Assembly (NCBI GenBank): GCA_032718475.1
Contig: JAUCBJ010000152.1
Span: 1-53,047 of the forward strand
Reading direction: 5' to 3'
Origin: Nemertoderma westbladi
Taxonomy: Eukaryota > Animalia > Xenacoelomorpha
DNA: 53,047 bases
The notes beneath the pieces are model-generated. The model made no database searches. It saw nothing but the letters and a program-made list of their open reading frames with translations, and was not told where the DNA came from. The translations under genes and the position numbers were made by a program. How positions within the stretch are numbered: position 1 is the first letter of the stretch; every line of letters begins with the position of its first letter. Positions 49,671 through 53,047 of the stretch are shown here, piece by piece.

Positions 49671-49740
49671 TATAACCGCCCGTGGTGATCGATAAATTTA
49701 CGATGTGAGTTATGAAATCAGACATAATTATTGAGCCGTC

Positions 49741-50587
49741 TGTTCGCGCTTTTGAAGACCTTTAGCAGTTTAACCTGCCAAAATTTATATGTCTTTTAGT
49801 TAATTAAAACCACTTTAGCATACGACAATAATTTATGCTAATACGCAAAACATTAGCCGAAGTCAGCCCATGCGCGATCATTCACCCGATGGATCTACAC
49901 CCGGGAGACTGAATTCGGATGCTTGAATTGTATTATTACAGTGTAAGGTTGCAGTGTATACCTAATGTATTATTCGATAGATCGTTAATAATTAATCTCT
50001 GACAGATATTATTGGCTTTCGGGAAATATTAACAGTTCCTTTTGGACGTGGCGCTTTATCTATTTAAACAGAACTAAGACTTATACTAAAACGCAACGAT
50101 ACTGCTTATGATTAAAGTATAAAGCGTATTCTTTAGGAAATACTTGGTTACCAATCACGATCATACACACTATTCTGCCGACAGTCAGTACATTTGATCA
50201 CACATAAAGAGAGCAGTAATTGACTCACGTAGGGTCTGCTAAATAACATTGGATTCAATATACACCACATTAATATAAATCGCAATTGTTATGTATAGCC
50301 GGTCTCTCTAACCTGTAGTGTTATCAAGAAAATTGGGAATTGGGTGATTTATCCGTATTATCCAAATAGCAATATTTCCATCAACAAATAGGTACAATTA
50401 ATAACTGACGGTAAAATAACAGTACAAGCAATATGATTAATGCAGTTAAGATTGATTAAATTGATCGGTAGTTAGTTAGGTAACAGTTTATACTTTCGAT
50501 AATTCAAGCAGTTTACAAAAGGCCGGTGTTTCTGGCTTAGACAGCAATAACAACAAAGTATCAACTCTAAAACAGTAAGACCGAACA
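49741..50587 (-). mobile_element. Putative 3' LTR (847 bp) of a minus-strand LTR element extending beyond the window
   Basis: Minus strand TGTTCG...CGAACA, preceded by purine tract AAGGAGAG (50588-50595). Cuts the LINE RT exactly at 49740. Homologous to 1-155. Confidence 0.65.
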
Positions 50588-51036
50588 CTCTCCTTATGAT
50601 CGACTAAAAGCTACACGTCGACAGGAAAAATCGCTCTGATTGGCTCAAGCCAAACAAAGAACCTTGCATCTAATGGCTGTTTCCATGTCAGCAACCAGCT
50701 GCTAGATGTCGTAATATGAATTATCACGGCTAAGCTATGAAAGGTAGTTGGTGTATTACAGGTTTTTTGCCTTACCATGTCCGCCAAAACACGTATATAG
50801 CAGAATGATTTTTATGTCCGTTAAAACACCTGTAAAGGTACCTTGCGGGCGAGGGGAATATATATACAGTTAGAGAACCTTTTTAGAGTATTCCAGCGCC
50901 TGGGGGGGAACTGGCCAGCAAAGGCAAACGCATCAGTTATCCCACAAAAGCTTTTACACCGCTCCCAGAAAATGGGATTTAAGTCTATAAAATATACAAA
51001 ATCACAGTTTCTAAAATACAAAAATACTCTAAACAG

Positions 51037-52486
51037 TTAGTCTTTCTTGCGCGGACGGCGTTTATGCAGTTTTTTGAAGCTAGCAAGAGTCCTTTTCTCT
51101 TTGGGGCGAGCCACTTTACTAGGAGGGTTATAACTCCTGGGTGAAGGGTGCAATATGATTGCATCAGAAGGTATGGGATTGCGATCGGTATATCCGCCGG
51201 TCGAAGTACCGGGTTGATTGACATCAACGTCAGGGGAGAGGGGTCTAACGGCTTTGAGAGCTCGTTTCAAGACAGCCGCTCTTACGGGTCCTTTACGAGT
51301 GGTCTGAACGAGGGCCGTGGGTGGACCATAGGCGGTTAGAAACTTCCTTGGTTTAATGGTTCTTTCTAACTCGCGTTCGCGGGCTCGATACTCGTAAGGC
51401 CGTCGATATACTTCTTGTAACTCAGGGTGTGAGTTGACGAATAAGTCTCCATAGGAAGGGTCCTGACGGATAAAGTTTATTAAGTTGTAAGACTGGATGT
51501 CACTCGGATTAATGCTCCTGAGAAATTTGCGTACATATTTGGTTGAAATACATTCTCCAACGCGTTTCAATAGTTCATAACTTGATAGGCGCGATTTCTG
51601 CTCGACGGAGGCAAACAAATATGGATGGAACGCATAAACTCCTTCGTAGGCGCGTCCAGGATAATAGCGATGGCGTGAGTCACAATGTAAATCAGCGTTC
51701 GCTTCCCAAGCTCTGATATAACGTAGTACAATCATTTCATCTACGCTCTCTAAATCATGGTTAAAGGGACAATCAAAGCTGGCGTGTCCTTTTAGTTGAC
51801 AATGATGGCATTGAGTCATAAATTGGGGGCAGACGGCAAAAATGTGCAAATTATTAAGCCGACAATATGCACAATAGATTTCCATCGACGGTTGCTCGTG
51901 GAAATAGGAACAAAGATCGTTGGTGTCCATAGACGTAATATGGTCTCTCGATGCGCACAGCCGACAACGTTGTCGAGAAACATAATTGGCATGGCGATAA
52001 TCATACGCAGTAAGACACTGTGGACCTTGATACCATTCCAATATATAGTCACTATCGCTACTCCGAGCCGTGGGGGGCTGAATCTCTTCAGATTCCAGAC
52101 ATATTGGTTCGTCTTCTCAGTCTGTTACGAATAGAATTTTCGTGATCTATTCTCGGTTTATCGTTACGACGCCGCTGGGTATGATATTTAAATAGAACCA
52201 TTTCCCTTTCGGTGTCTACATCGTCCGTATCATGTAAATCGATAGGATGGCCGGTAGTTAAGAAGTCCATATACGTACCATTACGATGCGTATAGCGAGC
52301 GGTTAATTTTCGATAGTCCAATTCACGCGTAAGTTGCTCTTGGGACATCGGCGGTTCGATATAACGACCATCGTCCTCCGTAATAGTCGGATCGGCTTCA
52401 CCGCGCATCAAGCTATCCACAAACGCTTGTAAAGGTAGAGTATATCACTCTCTAATACCAAGGTCATCTTCTATCAATTCCGTCAT
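51037..52486 (-). pseudogene. Uncharacterised ~480-codon gene with three CCHC motifs (one stop, one frameshift; 51037-52041 is open)
   Basis: ATG at 52486 (MTELIEDDLGIRE*YTLPLQAFVDSLM...) is in frame with ORF 52088-52420. The frame of ORF 51037-52041 is open back to ~52115. Motifs CX2CX4HX9C, CX2CX5HX4C, CX2CX4HX4C; basic C-terminus. Confidence 0.6.
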
Positions 52487-53047
52487 ATCTGCTATCTGAG
52501 TTTATTAATATCAATATAAGTTAATATTTTAGGCAAGCGGGCGTCGCTGCCTACTAGGCTTTTGCCCCCGGACAGTGGGTTTCTCAGCGCCGATGTGCCG
52601 CTGTCGCAGTGTTTACGCCAACATGTAGCAACAGCACGACAACGATAACCGGCACAAGTCCCACCACTGTCCGTCCCAAAGGCTTGAATCCACTTGAGGT
52701 TATCTCGGTAGAGTTAGGGCTATTTTACAATTGCGATTAGCTACTGTAAACACACTTTAGTAGTAACATTCACCTATAAACGCACAAATTCCATACAATC
52801 ATTACTTACTGCACACATGCATACCATTTGTCCGTTAGTCAGTGTCTTCCAGAATGTCACGTATTTACTATGTATCCTTGGATACTAATAGTGCGCTATG
52901 TATACTCTTATGCTACGCAATGGGGCAAGCTTTTTATTGTTCCTTTAACTTGCTTCTAATTCTAGCGTGGGTGTTGCCATGGTGACATTATGGAAAACTA
53001 GCGGTAGAATTAGGGTAATTCTCATGCATACAGATCTGGGATGTTAT

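Larger units (their letters stand above)
39811..49677. mobile_element. Foldback family B, copy 2 (opposite orientation), carrying the CRE-like insertion and an expanded arm
   Basis: 8-bp TSD GCCCGTGG at 39803-39810 and 49678-49685. Termini GGTAATGGTG / CAATATAACC. Spacer is the reverse complement of ~4022-4380. Confidence 0.92.
36650..49740 (-). pseudogene. Decayed L2/CR1-group LINE reverse transcriptase split by insertions (pieces 49740-49686, 39810-39176, 37926-~36650)
   Basis: Joined minus-strand reading: DGSIIMSDFITHIVNLSITTG|TFPSIYKIAKVIP...PISLL...KAFD...GTPQG..LLFIIYMNDL...KYADDT...W..DNGL...LIQPLIDFAAPCW...LQRKCIR. Several frameshifts. Confidence 0.88.

Noticed and set aside
45059-49695. 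Long ORFs (up to 782 aa) of FSTLDIFTLDIFQHSIFLLSIFFNTRY repeats, also at 4292-5005 and 39913-40510
   Set aside because: Artefacts of 15/17-bp units that lack stop codons on one strand; all three frames give the same peptide.
1-49910. One giant element bounded by the inverted homologous sequences at 1-155 and 49741-49910
   Set aside because: The copies are clearly diverged, their termini face inward and each interrupts a different host element, so they are independent LTR insertions.

Overview
AT-rich eukaryotic DNA, most likely from an invertebrate animal. Only two host genes are evident: tandem, minus-strand, single-ORF HMGB/DSP1-like paralogues (10749-12056, 15142-16422) with two HMG boxes, a long C-terminal polyQ tract and a short acidic tail. 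Almost everything else is nested transposons whose ends can be fixed by target-site duplications (TSDs). (1) An apparently intact Ty3/Gypsy element (17756-25320) has 486-bp LTRs, a tRNA-Pro PBS, a TTAT TSD and a single gag-pol ORF. (2) Two foldback families have arms built of tandem repeats; one is nested in the other at 2.8-6.1 kb, and a second copy (39811-49677) has one arm expanded into a ~4.6-kb satellite. (3) A decayed CRE-like (RLE) non-LTR element with an N-terminal Ulp1/C48 protease (40658-44968) sits in that foldback's spacer; the matching empty site is at 4105-4117. (4) A pile of CAGT-ended DNA elements with 5-bp TSDs occupies 28.4-33.5 kb. (5) An old L2/CR1-group LINE is split by three insertions and has a Pro/Ser minisatellite next to its YADD motif. 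(6) At the right edge is the 3' end of an LTR element carrying an unusual triple-CCHC ORF behind a GC-rich stem-loop. All calls were made by eye; superfamily names rest on TIR/TSD rules and motif recall, not on database searches.
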